This document shows positions 36,041-48,300 of a stretch of 64,000 nucleotides of DNA, in pieces. Within the stretch, counting starts at the first letter, position 1. Each line of letters starts with the position of its first letter. Location of the stretch: assembly GCF_001194135.2 (NCBI RefSeq), contig NC_068992.1, forward strand, positions 55,972,706 through 56,036,705. Reading direction: 5' to 3'. The stretch comes from Octopus bimaculoides. Lineage: Eukaryota. The notes under the pieces were generated by a model, which did not search any database, had not been told where the DNA came from, and saw only the letters and a list, made by a program, of their open reading frames with translations. The position numbers were made by a program, and so were the translations under genes.

Positions 36041-39000
36041 GTAGAGATCATTATAATTGTTTTAATGTTTACTTTTCCATGCTTGCAAGTGTTAAATAAA
36101 ATTTGTTGAAACAGATTTCTGCAGCTGGATACTGTTCCTGCTGCCAATCCACACTTGTTTCCAAGCAAAGTAATATTTCCAATTATTGCAGATATATTTT
36201 CTGCCTTCTGCGTATGCCCAAGACCGTCTGCCTTAGCAATTTGGCTGATTTAAGCAGTGAATTCCAAGGAGCCATATCATGCCCCAACTTCACACTGATT
36301 GGTCAATCACGGGAAACTGTGGTGGCTCACTTGTAATCCCTAATTGAATATCTTGTGGTTGAGGTTCAAATCCTTACAATGAGTGCTATTTAATCCTGTT
36401 TTTCTAATCCTTATTTAATGTCCGTTGCCCATGCTAGCATTGACTGTTCTTTTCAGAAGTGTAAGCTATGAATGTAATGAACCAATCTGGGAGTCAAATC
36501 CATAATTGGTCAATTGATTGATAAAATACTTTATAAAACTCAGCTGTCTAAAGACATACAAAAGTGAATGTAATTTTGATTCAGAAGGGAAATGTAAACT
36601 AGACTTTTGGAAATGTTAATCTGGTTTCTTCACAAGAGTCATTAATACATTCGTTAACCTTTGCATTATGTTCAGAAGCTTAATTTTTGTCTCAAAAGCA
36701 TTATATAAACGAGAGATCGACCTTGGTCTTGCAGAGAACCACAAGCTACCAACATCAAGCTGTCATCAATTTTATTGGAAATATATAGCAAGAGACTAAA
36801 GCAAGTGTGGTAACTCTTGTTCTTGTCTATGAGGTTAATGTGTTCAGTTAGTTCAACATATACAGTTTCAGTAAGGAATAATAATTTTAAAGTAAATGTG
36901 TGTTGTTTAGCCTCTAAGTCAGACTTGATTTCACAGACCTGCGTGAGTGTGTTTGTGATGGTTATAAACATTGTTCTTTATTTCTAGTTTTCCATGCAAA
37001 ACATGTCTGGTCATGGGGAAATATTAACTTGTTGGTATACAGTTGAGAGTTGGCAACAAGAAGGGCATCCCGTTGTTGAAAATTTGTCTCAAAACTCTGT
37101 TTGACCCATGCAAACATAGAAAAGTGATGTTAAAATGATGATGTATTAGTCTTAAGGATCAAACATTTTGCAGTTCATATCTTTTTTCATCAACACTGCT
37201 TTCTGCACTTGACAAAGATACTTCATTATTAATGGCTAAATTTACTAAACTGTCAATAGAAACTATGAGAAAATGTTACTGTTGCTGTTGTTTAGCCCTT
37301 GGTCCACTCTAACTAAGCAGGCCTATGATCAACAGCATTCCAGTCATGATCAGCCAGCCTTTTTCCTAAGTGCATGTAATCTACAACTACATTACCTAAC
37401 TTTTATATATTCAGCTTTCATAAGGAATAATAATTTAAAATGAATATCTTAAGTTCGTTGCCAGTGCCGCTGGACTGGCTCCTGTGCAGGTGGCACGTAA
37501 AATACACCATTTCAAGCGTGGCCGTTGCCAGTACCGCCTGACTGGCTTTCGTGCCAGTGGCACATAAAAGCACCCACTACACTCTCGGAGTGGTTGGTGT
37601 TAGGAAGGGCATCCAGCTGTAGAAACTCTGCCAAATCAGATTGGAGCCTGGTGTAGCCATCTGGTTCACCAGTCCTCAGTCAAATCGTCCAACCCATGCT
37701 AGCATGTAAAGCGAACGTTAAACGATGATGATGATGATGATAATGATCTTGTTTAGCTTTGAAGTCTGACTTGATCCAGCAGTTAATTTCATTTTCCTTT
37801 CAAGGTCAATAAAATAAAGTACCATATGTGTGTGTGTTATCTCAGTTTTATTTTCTTCACTGCTGTGAGACCTTAATGATAGCCAATGTGGTGCTGCAGG
37901 ATTTTCCGATGTAATCCAATCATGAAATATCATTCAATCAGTTCTACCAACCTTGTCCTGTTTCAACAACAAGTAGCATGGTTGATGTAATCAACTAACC
38001 ACCTCTTCCTACAATTGCTCGTGCTGTACCAAACTCTGAAACAATATCAAGCTACTTTTTCAATCGACTTCAGCAGTAACTAGAGGCATCCATTTGCTGA
38101 TATTATGTGATGTTACAAACTTTCTCAAATATTACATTGTGTGACAATTTTTGTTTTTGTCTTTGGTCAGTAAGTGTTATTTTCTATTTACTTCTATCTA
38201 GAAATCAAAAGAAATTACAATTCCCTTCATACTTTGCTCTTGTGAGCAACCTGGACATCACTGTTTTGAAAGGGACCTATTTTCCATTACATTTCAGACA
38301 GATTCAGCACTGAGTTGCTGAAGCAGAAATATTGTTATAGTAAATATTCTGCTCAATACCATAGATTTGCTTCACAGCTGCTTGACCTTGACCACTTGAG
38401 CATGTCCCTTAGTGGCTGACACTATGTGCATCTCTGATCATGAGCAGGAGTAGTGGGGGAACATCATAGCAATGTGTTAAGTGGGATTCTTTGGGGTTTG
38501 AATAAATGTAACAAAAGCAAAGTTTGAAGGAAATATTAGCCATTTTTCATACTGTCTAGGGAGTAAACAAATAGGAAATAACAGTTGTTACCCAAGGACA
38601 AAAATTATGTTACACAGAACTGAAACCTGTATTATACATTCAGCTCTCCAAAAGTTTATATCCAATTTACAAAATTCAACACAAAGATAATAACCAAAGG
38701 ATTTTGTTTTGCACCAACAAAGATTCTACATCCAATAGAAATCATTGCTGTAATTTTATTTTATAAAATTTATACAGTTCTCACAAGAAAAACAAACAAA
38801 AAACACACTTGAGTAATAATAGGTGTCTCAGAAAGTGAGATTTATTTATTGTTTTCATTTAATATATTGCCCATATGGTGAATTTTTTTTCTTTAAATTT
38901 ACTTCATACTTTTCAGATAATTCTACGTAATTTGATCACAATTTGGAAGGCAAAAGCCAGTTAAAAATATAATATAGGAGAACAGAAGAAGCTTTGATTT

Positions 39001-39964
39001 ATATTAGTTCTAATAATAAAAAATGTCAAAACAGTATAAAAAAGAATAACGATTCCCCACCCCACTTCCTGTCCCCACTAAGTCATTCCCTGTCAGATAT
39101 ATATTATGGACAATTAGTGTTAAAATTTATTTTTATTCTTAAAAAAAAAAAAAAAGTAATTACCTTGAGTAACACTGAAAATATAGCATCAAATACTCTT
39201 AGAATTTTCAGGTGTGTCTTAACTCTTAGAAGATAAATCATTCTGGAGCTCTAAATGAGACACCATTAAATAATTAAATGATCATCCATACTCTACCAGT
39301 AGAACAGTAAAGAATCTCCTCATTTGCATATCACAACAAGCAAAATTAACTAATGAGGAAACACCTCCTTCATGATTAGCAAAACATGGGACACCAGTTA
39401 TGAAAATTCTGAGCCAAATAAACAATCAGGTTAGCGTCAGAGCAAAGCTTAAGCCTTTGCCCCAACATAAGAAAAGTGTTCCTGATATATATAACATTGT
39501 GTGTGTGTGTGCATATATATACGTACACACACTTCTCCCAATCATAATGACAATTATTTGTGTATGCAAATAGCTATTTGAAGCCAAATATATAGGGTTT
39601 CAAGTCCTAATCCTCACAAACTGAAGGAAAGCTGAAGGAAATTCCTGACTCAAAATATTCTGGGAATATTCCAGAACAACGATTTCCTTTGGAGAAGGGT
39701 TTACTGATTTGGGGAGAAAGGAGCTACTGATTGCAAAGAATGGGGGTTACCAATCGCTATCCCTTGAAAGCATTATAAACTAATATTGTATTCCAGTTTC
39801 AAAACAAAATTGGTTTCGAATTCAATATTCTTTAAGAACCATTAATTACTTTTTAGAAAGAGAAAAATCTTGTGTATTACCGTCTTTTGCTGACTGTCGA
39901 GGAATAATCAACAGAAGATATGTTTTAAGAAGAAAAAAAATATTTCCTTAAATGAACATTTCAG

Positions 39965-40070
39965 NNNNNNNNNNNNNNNNNNNNNNNNNNNNNNNNNNNN
40001 NNNNNNNNNNNNNNNNNNNNNNNNNNNNNNNNNNNNNNNNNNNNNNNNNNNNNNNNNNNNNNNNNNNNNN
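39965..40070. other. Assembly gap (106 N)
   Basis: Run of N. Confidence 1.
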
Positions 40071-41052
40071 ACAGTGCAAATTGAGTCTGTTGATCAAGTT
40101 TGCTGTAGAAGGAGGAGGAGCAGGAGGTGAGGAGTGGGTGGAGTGAAAAATATGGAAGCTAAAATTTGAGTGTGTTGGGAAAGTGGATTCGATTTTCTCT
40201 GCTGGTGAGAGGAAATAAAAGGTTTATCACAGGGTAGAAAGCAGGTGCCACAACCATTAATTAATATTAAAGAAATGTAGCAATTACTGTTTTGTTATGT
40301 TAGAGAGAGAGAGAGAAGGGGAAGGATAATATTAGATTATTATATAAATAAATAGAAAAATAAAAACAGAAAAAAAATGCAAAACAGTGAAAGCTGTTTC
40401 AAAAGAGATACAAAAAGTATATATATTTATATGCGTATGGTTATATATATATATATATATATACATACATACATACATACATGCATACACATAAACATAT
40501 ATACATATATATATACACACACACGCACACAAACATATATACAAGCATACACACACACATACTTACATACAAACATACAGAGAGAGAGAGAGAGCATAAG
40601 AGAAAGGCAAAGAGGGAGAGAGAAAGAAAAAAACAACAAAAAAAAGAAAAGAAAGAAAAACTGGGTGGAATATAAATTGACATGCATAAAAATTCCTGCT
40701 GAGATTTATTGTAGTGTGTCCGTGTTGATGATATCTGTGTTAACGGGGTTTTTCAGTCATGTGTAATTCCATTTGAAGTAAAGGTCTACATATAGTTTAA
40801 CAGGTTCATGCAGATACAATGTTCGTACTGAAGACTGGTTATAAAGGTTTGGTGGCAATGATGTATGTGTGTGTGTGTAAGTGTGCATGTATGTGTGTGT
40901 GTGTATGTGTGTGCAGGTGTGTGTGTGGACATAAAGTGTTATTGTGTTTTAAAAGAAATCATTTCATCGTGGGCTTCTGGAAGACGATGGGGAGAAGAAA
41001 TAGATGGGTGAATAAAGAAGACTGCTTGTTGCTGTTGTTGTTTTTGTTGAAG

Positions 41053-41202
41053 TCAAGACCAGATGCCAACATAATTTCCTTGTATGTCCGAAGGCATCGG
41101 CCCACCTGCAGTGAATAGCCGGACACCTGTATCATCGTACTTGTGTGTGAAGATGGAATTGGAGTACCTCGTCCGCATCAAAGGCGAGTTGTTTTCTTTG
41201 TT
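41053..41202 (-). CDS. DCAF12: DCAF12 terminal exon (NKENN...GNYVGIWS*)
   Basis: tttccag acceptor, 150 nt, TGA at 41053-41055. Confidence 0.94.
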   Translation of the reverse strand, partial: NKENNSPLMRTRYSNSIFTHKYDDTGVRLFTAGGPMPSDIQGNYVGIWS

Positions 41203-41251
41203 CTGGAAATAGACATTTTTAAAAGAGTATATTATATATATTAAATGTGTA

Positions 41252-41298
<47 letters not shown>

Positions 41299-41451
41299 AT
41301 ACATACACACACACACAAAAATATATACACTCATATATATGAATCTGACCCATGCCAGCAAGGAAAACGGATGTTAAACGATAATGATGATACACATAAA
41401 TATATATGCACACATATATATATGCACATACACACACACACACACACAAAC

Positions 41452-41488
<37 letters not shown>

Positions 41489-44400
41489 TATTTTTTTATA
41501 TATATACATACATACACACACATGTGCATGTGCGTTCATATCTATCTATCTATCTATCTATAGTCCAACAATGTATTAAATATTTACATATTACTATTTT
41601 CTGTCATTCCTATTTACTCTTGTATGTACTGTGTTGTTATTTTTTTCAGCTTTCTTTAAAAAGATATTTTAATATTTATGTCCCTTTATCACAAATACAC
41701 TGTGCAGCTGGTAACGAGGTTTGATTTGACCTATTGGTTGGTTGTTCAATTACCCTGCTGACTCAGCAACCCTTGTGTTCTCAAGTAAACATAACCTCTC
41801 CCCATCACTATATGATGATGTAGGGTAGAAAGACAGACTTTAAATACAAAGTAGGTATACTGAATAGAGAGAGGAGATGGTTAAGTATATTCTGCTGGAT
41901 CGTCGTCATCCCATCATTTAACATCTGCTTTCCATGCTGGCATGGTTTGGGCAGTTTGACAAGAGCTAGCAAGCCAGAAGACTGCATCAAGCTCCATTGT
42001 CTGTTTTGGCATGGCTTCTATGGCTGGATGCCCTTCCTAATGTCAAACATTTTACAGAGTGTACTGGATGCTTTTTATGTGGCACCAGTACCAGTGGGGT
42101 CACCAAGAAACTTGCAAGACAACGACCTCTCAAATGAGTGGGGAGTAGTATTGATCAGGGAGCCTTGTGCTACATAACGAGAGGCCAAAAACAGGTGTTG
42201 TGCAGTCGAGGAGTTGTGTGGCTAACCCAGTTGGACAAAGATAGAGGAGATTGAGAGAAGAGGGTGTATACCCTCAAGTTCCAAGGTGTATATAAATGGT
42301 ATAAAGGATGGTACATGGTGAGTCAACGGAACTTGTAAGTAATAACAATTGATAAACTGGATAGCAATGAGGTATAAAATTGAACAATTGTTCAATCAGA
42401 GAAAAGACGTTTGATTCCACCAAAGAGATAGAGACAATTATTGGAGACAAATTGCTGTCGTAACTAGTGAGGCCATATATCTTTCATTTGTTTAATCCTT
42501 TTGATACCAATCTGCCTTAGACTGCTCCTGATTCTATGATACACGTTTCCTGTTAAAGTGATCTCAAAACTGTCCATCAAAATTTCATGTTAATTTATCT
42601 TTCAAACTCCAGCTTGATAATGACAAAGTTATTCTACTAAATTCCTAATATTTTCAAAATTAATTGAACAAAGAATATTTCAACAGAAATATGGTAACAA
42701 AAGGGTTAATGTTTTGGAAAGTCAGGTCAGCATTCGTCAGATATGCTCGTAGTCTGTGGAAAGACATCTACAGTAGTTTCAGATGGATAAAGAAATCATA
42801 AAAATGTTACTGTAAATTAACAACCATAATTAATAAAAAAAATATCATTTAGAGAATTGTAAAATTTGGCACTGCTAATCAAATCATTGCAGAAAATGCA
42901 TATGGTAGTTTGCTTATTAAAACAATTCTATGAAATTGTAGTTCTTAATCTGATGGGAAGGAGCAGGTGGGTCCACTGGTGTAAATGGTAGCACACTTGT
43001 TGCAGAAACATAGAGGTGTGGGTTCAAGTTCCACGCATACGAAAAAACCTCTTTTTTCTGTCAGTGGTGTAAACAGTAGCACACTTGTTGCAGAAACAGA
43101 GCATTTCGTCTGACTTGCTAATAATTCTGCCAGGTCACCATCTTTAAAACATGAACTTAATAATTCTTTCTACTATCGGCACAAAGCCTGAAATTTTGTG
43201 GGGAGGGTTACGTCGATTATATTGACCCCAGTGCATAACTGGTACTTATTTTATCAACTCTGAAAGGATGAAAGGCAAAGTTGACCTTGGTGGAATTTGA
43301 ACTCAGAACGTAAAGACAAATGAAATTCCACTCTAAGCATTTTGTCTGGTACGCTAATGTTTCTCTCTGCTCATTGCCTTCAGAGTGGACTTAAAAATAA
43401 TAAAATTGTAATTAGTACGTACAAATGAGTATGGCTTTGTAGGGAGTACATATTGTTGTGAAGATAAACTATATGTATAACAGGTGCAAGCATGGCTGTG
43501 TTGTAAGAAGCTTGCTTCATGCTTCAGTACCACAATGTAGCACTTTGGTTAAGTGTCTTCTACTATAGCCTCGAGCCAATCAAAGTCTTGTGAGTGGATT
43601 TGGTAGACAGAAACTGAAAGAAGCCCATAATATATATATCTGTGTGTGTGTGTGTGTGTGTGTGTCTTTGTTTGTCCTGCACCACACCACTTGACAATAG
43701 GTGCTAGTTTGTTTATGTCCCTGTATCTTAGTGGTTCAGCAAATGAGACCGATAGAACAAGTACCAGGCTTTGAAAATTAAGTACTGAGGTTGATTCAAT
43801 CAACTAAAAATTCATCAAGGCAGTGCTCCAGGATGGCCACAGTCTAATGACTGATACATGTAAAAGATGAAGGGAAAAATATGAAAGCCAAAAAGATAAA
43901 AGAGCAGTAATGGAAATTCTTTTATGTTTCTATTTCAATCTAGAAACAAAGGAAAAAAACCATTTATAAATGAAATGTAATGTCGTAGAAAATCATGATA
44001 ATGAATTGTTAGAATGTGTGTGGTTTGCCAAGAAATTATTAGAATATTTGGAATACCTTCTGACAGAACACAGAGACGGAATAATTATTGTACTTACAGT
44101 CCAACCTTCACTGACAACTAATTGACAATGCTTCCCAGACGGAGTTTCCAGGAACTGTTTTGTACGTACATCCAAGAATATCACAACACTCAGCCCTGTT
44201 CCCAGAGTGATGACATCGTGGCGAACACTGATTGACCGAATACCTAGAGAGGGGAGACAAAAAAAAAAGAAGAATGAAACATTTTATAAAACATATAAAC
44301 TAAAAATAAGTATTAAGGAAAATAGCATGAAAACACAAACACATGCATGAGACGTTTTGGCACAGCTGTTTTGGCACTGCTATTTTGGCATCACCGTTTT

Positions 44401-45269
44401 GCAGTCACTGATTCAATGCAGATTTGAGACCAGGCATTTTAAGGCTTCTCTCATTCTCTGTCTCTTTCCCCCTCCCCTGCTCTTTCTTCTTCTGTCTCTT
44501 GCAATTTTCCTGCATGTGTATATTTCTGCATGCATATGCTTGTGTGTGTGTGTGTGTGAAAATGTGTATGTTTGCCTCCAGGGCCAAAATGTAATCTTGC
44601 CAAAACTAGTTCAATGTGCACTCAGCCATGCCAAATCACCAGCGTTCAAACAGCCGTACCAACCATCTCTTTCCACACAAATACATAGACACACAGACAG
44701 ACACACACACACACAGCAGAGAGTTTATAGGCCTTGAAAATATATCTTAGAAGATAAACTAAAAGAATATCACCAAAGTCCAATGAACAATAGTTTTTTT
44801 TTTTGTTTTAAGGTGAAATTAGAATCTCACATGTAACTACTAATTTTCATGGATATCTACATTTTGGGGTGTCTAGCTTCCAGAATTCAAATAACTACAA
44901 AGTTGGACATTATAGCACTACACACACTCTTCTCTTGGTAAAAATCAAGACTAACCTACTAGCATAGGCAAACAGGTATCAATTGGATCAATATTACCAG
45001 TCTGAGAGGGCCAGAAAATATCATGAGTACCTTCATCCTGCTCCAATTAATTGATTAAATAAAATTGAGAAACTGACCGTTGACATAATTATGGAGAACC
45101 GCTGATATTAGACCCTTTATCCTCAAAATTATATGAGATACTTCATCTCAGTGGTTGGTGGATACAATGGATATATATATATATATATATATATATAGAC
45201 CTGAATGGCTAACTTCACAAACAGATAGATATTTGATGAAACTTACTAGTAAAGGGGTTTATAACTATA

Positions 45270-45327
<58 letters not shown>

Positions 45328-48300
45328 AATGTATATGTATGTATGTATCACATTCATTGGCTTACATCTGTTTCTGCTGTAAGAGTCTGTCTATGTATAT
45401 AGGTCTGTATCAATGTATATTTAGAATTCAGGTAAAATTGTGTCTAATGACAATCGAACTGTTAACGACTAAAATCCTCCACTAAGGATCTACCCCATCC
45501 CATCTTTTCTCTGAAGATGGAATAGTCCACTACTACACAAACAGCATATCTTCATTCACTGAAAAATGGACCATAACATTTTACTCCCTTATGTCTTACT
45601 ATATGCTCTATTCTAATAACTCACCAACTATTTTTAAATATATACATTCCATGCTCTAAACTAATACCAGTTGTTTGTCTGTTCATTCTTTCTACAGTAC
45701 ATGTCAATGTATGTATATGGACACATGTTTATGTGATAAGGTTACTGTTGACCATCTAATCCAGTCTGTTATTCAAATATTGCTTTTTTTTCTTTTTCAA
45801 ACTGAACTGAAGTTTACAGACTGTGAAATAGATTAGTAATAAAACAGCTCCTAAAAAATAGATAAAGTAAAATAAAAAATAAAAAACAACTGAACTACAC
45901 ACAATGGAACCAGAGGCACTGAATCAGCTGAGTGAATAAGCGAAGAATAAATCAGGTTCTTATTTTTCCCAAACAGCAACCAAAAGGTCATTATGTAGGT
46001 CAGAGTGTTCAGACATCAGATGATGTCACAAACCCTGTTTGTCGCCCCCAAAACAATAGAATAATAGACTAAAGGGAGTGGGGAGGATATTTCAAGGCAG
46101 GAGTTATTGTGTTTCTTACATAGTGTGAGTGTGCACATGCACACACGCGCATAAGAGTTCACTTTCCAAGTTCATTGCAGATTAACTTGGCTTTGCTTGT
46201 TTGTCATCAAATTAAGATACTTTATAAAAGATCCTATTGGAGTAATTTCGGAAGCTATTTCAGTTTTAATTCCTACCAAATAATTCCAGGTTCAGTCCCA
46301 CTGCTTGGCAACTTGGGCAAGTATCTTTTACCATAGCCAAGGACCAACCAAAGCTTTGTAAGTGGATTTGGGAGATGGAAACTGAAAGAAGCCATCATAT
46401 ATACATATATGTATATATACACATACATATATGTGTGTGTGTGTGTGTGTGTGATTATGTATGTGGTTGTCTTCCACCATGGCTTGTCAACTGGTGTTGA
46501 TTTGCTTATGTTTCTGTAACTTAAAGTTCAGCAAGAGATATTTTTTCAGTCATTATACTGTGGCCATGCTGGGGCACTACCTTAAAAGATTTTTAGTCAA
46601 ACAAATCAACTCCAGAATTTTTTTTTGTTTTAAAGCCTGGCTACTTATTCTATCAGTCTCTTTTGCTGAACCGCTAGTTACAGGGACATAAACACACCAA
46701 CACCAGTTGCCAAGCAGTGGCAGGGGACAAACACACACACACACACATGTATGACAGGCTTCTTTCAGTTTCTTTCTAACAAAGCCACTCACAAGGCTGT
46801 GGTCAGCCCAAGGTGCCATGCAGTGGGGACTGAACCCAGAACCATGTGGTTGGGAAGCAAGCTTCTTACTACAAGCAATTGTATTTAAAAAATCATTAAA
46901 AAATCTTATGCAGAAGTATAACTGATTTATTGCACATAATTTTTAACAACAAAATCTTATATGGACCCGCAAGGGCCATTTGGACCCCAGTTGAGAACCA
47001 GTTTTAGATAAATAACTAGACAAATAACCATCTAACCCATGCCAGCATGGAAAGCAGACATTAAATGATGATCATGAACTACAGTTCTACATACAGGTTG
47101 TCCACAAATTATCTTTACAACTTCCACAGTTTACAGTGTCTATTTATTGAGTGCAACCAACAGAGCCCAAATGGAAGTGTTCTGATATTTCTAATAAAAT
47201 TTTATTTATCAGCTCATTTTTTTCCAATAAACTCCGAGTAATCCTAGTTTTTAATGCTTTTCTGAATTTTCCAAATTGTAAACATAATTTATGGACACTC
47301 TGTATTTAGAAGCATAGCTACATGTCTACATAATTAGAATGTATAGCCCTTGTTCTGTACATTTAGGTAAAAGCCTAGTTCTGTATATTCAAGTGTATAG
47401 CCACAGTTCTCTATATTTAGACAAACAGCCTCAGCTCTCTCTATATTTTTGAACAGAGCCACAGTTCTATATATTTAGATGTACAACCACAGTCTTGTGC
47501 ATTTAGATATGTACCTACAATTTTGTATGTTTAGACATGTAGCCAAAATTCTGTACATTTAGGCATATAGCCATAATTCTACATACTTAGGTGTGTTGCC
47601 AAAATGCTGCTACATTTAACACATGTAGCAGCACATAAAATAGTTTAAATGAAGAACAGACTGGAATAACAAAGCACATTAACAATAAAATACAGTTAAT
47701 GTTTCTAATGTAAAAAGTTATTGTATTTAAATAATTACATAAATTTATTTATATACTGCATGTAAAAAAATGTTGCAATAGTAATTATACACACAATATA
47801 AAATAATTCTGATAACAATATAAAAGATAATATCAGAACATAATAGACTTATCATTTATGAGACCAAACAGATGTCCATATATCATACATAGAATGGTAC
47901 GATGATAGTTTGCTGTGGTGACAGGCCTCAGAAAGACAGTTCCCAAATATAATTATTTCTTCTCAAATTTTATGCCATGTATCTCAGCCTAACATTATAT
48001 TCCAAGTATTTCTAATTAATTACTCTGCCAATGCCACAAAATAGAAACTCCAAAATGAAGCAAGACCAAAATGGAACGAAGAGAAAAGAAACAAATTAAC
48101 TCAACATGCAAAACGATGCTGAAAAGTTCCTGGCTTTGGGTAAAAGAAAAAACAGGCGGATCAATTAATTATGATTTTATTCAGCATATTCTCCTCTCAG
48201 ATTCACACACTTATTGCAGCTGTCCTTCAGTTTTTCTAAGCCCTATAAAAGAACTTGGAAGGTTGGACCTCCAACCAGGCCTTTTGTGAAACCCTTAAAG

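Noticed and set aside
47310-47625. 28-bp periodic repeat as a CRISPR-like array
   Set aside because: Contiguous degenerate tandem units without spacers.
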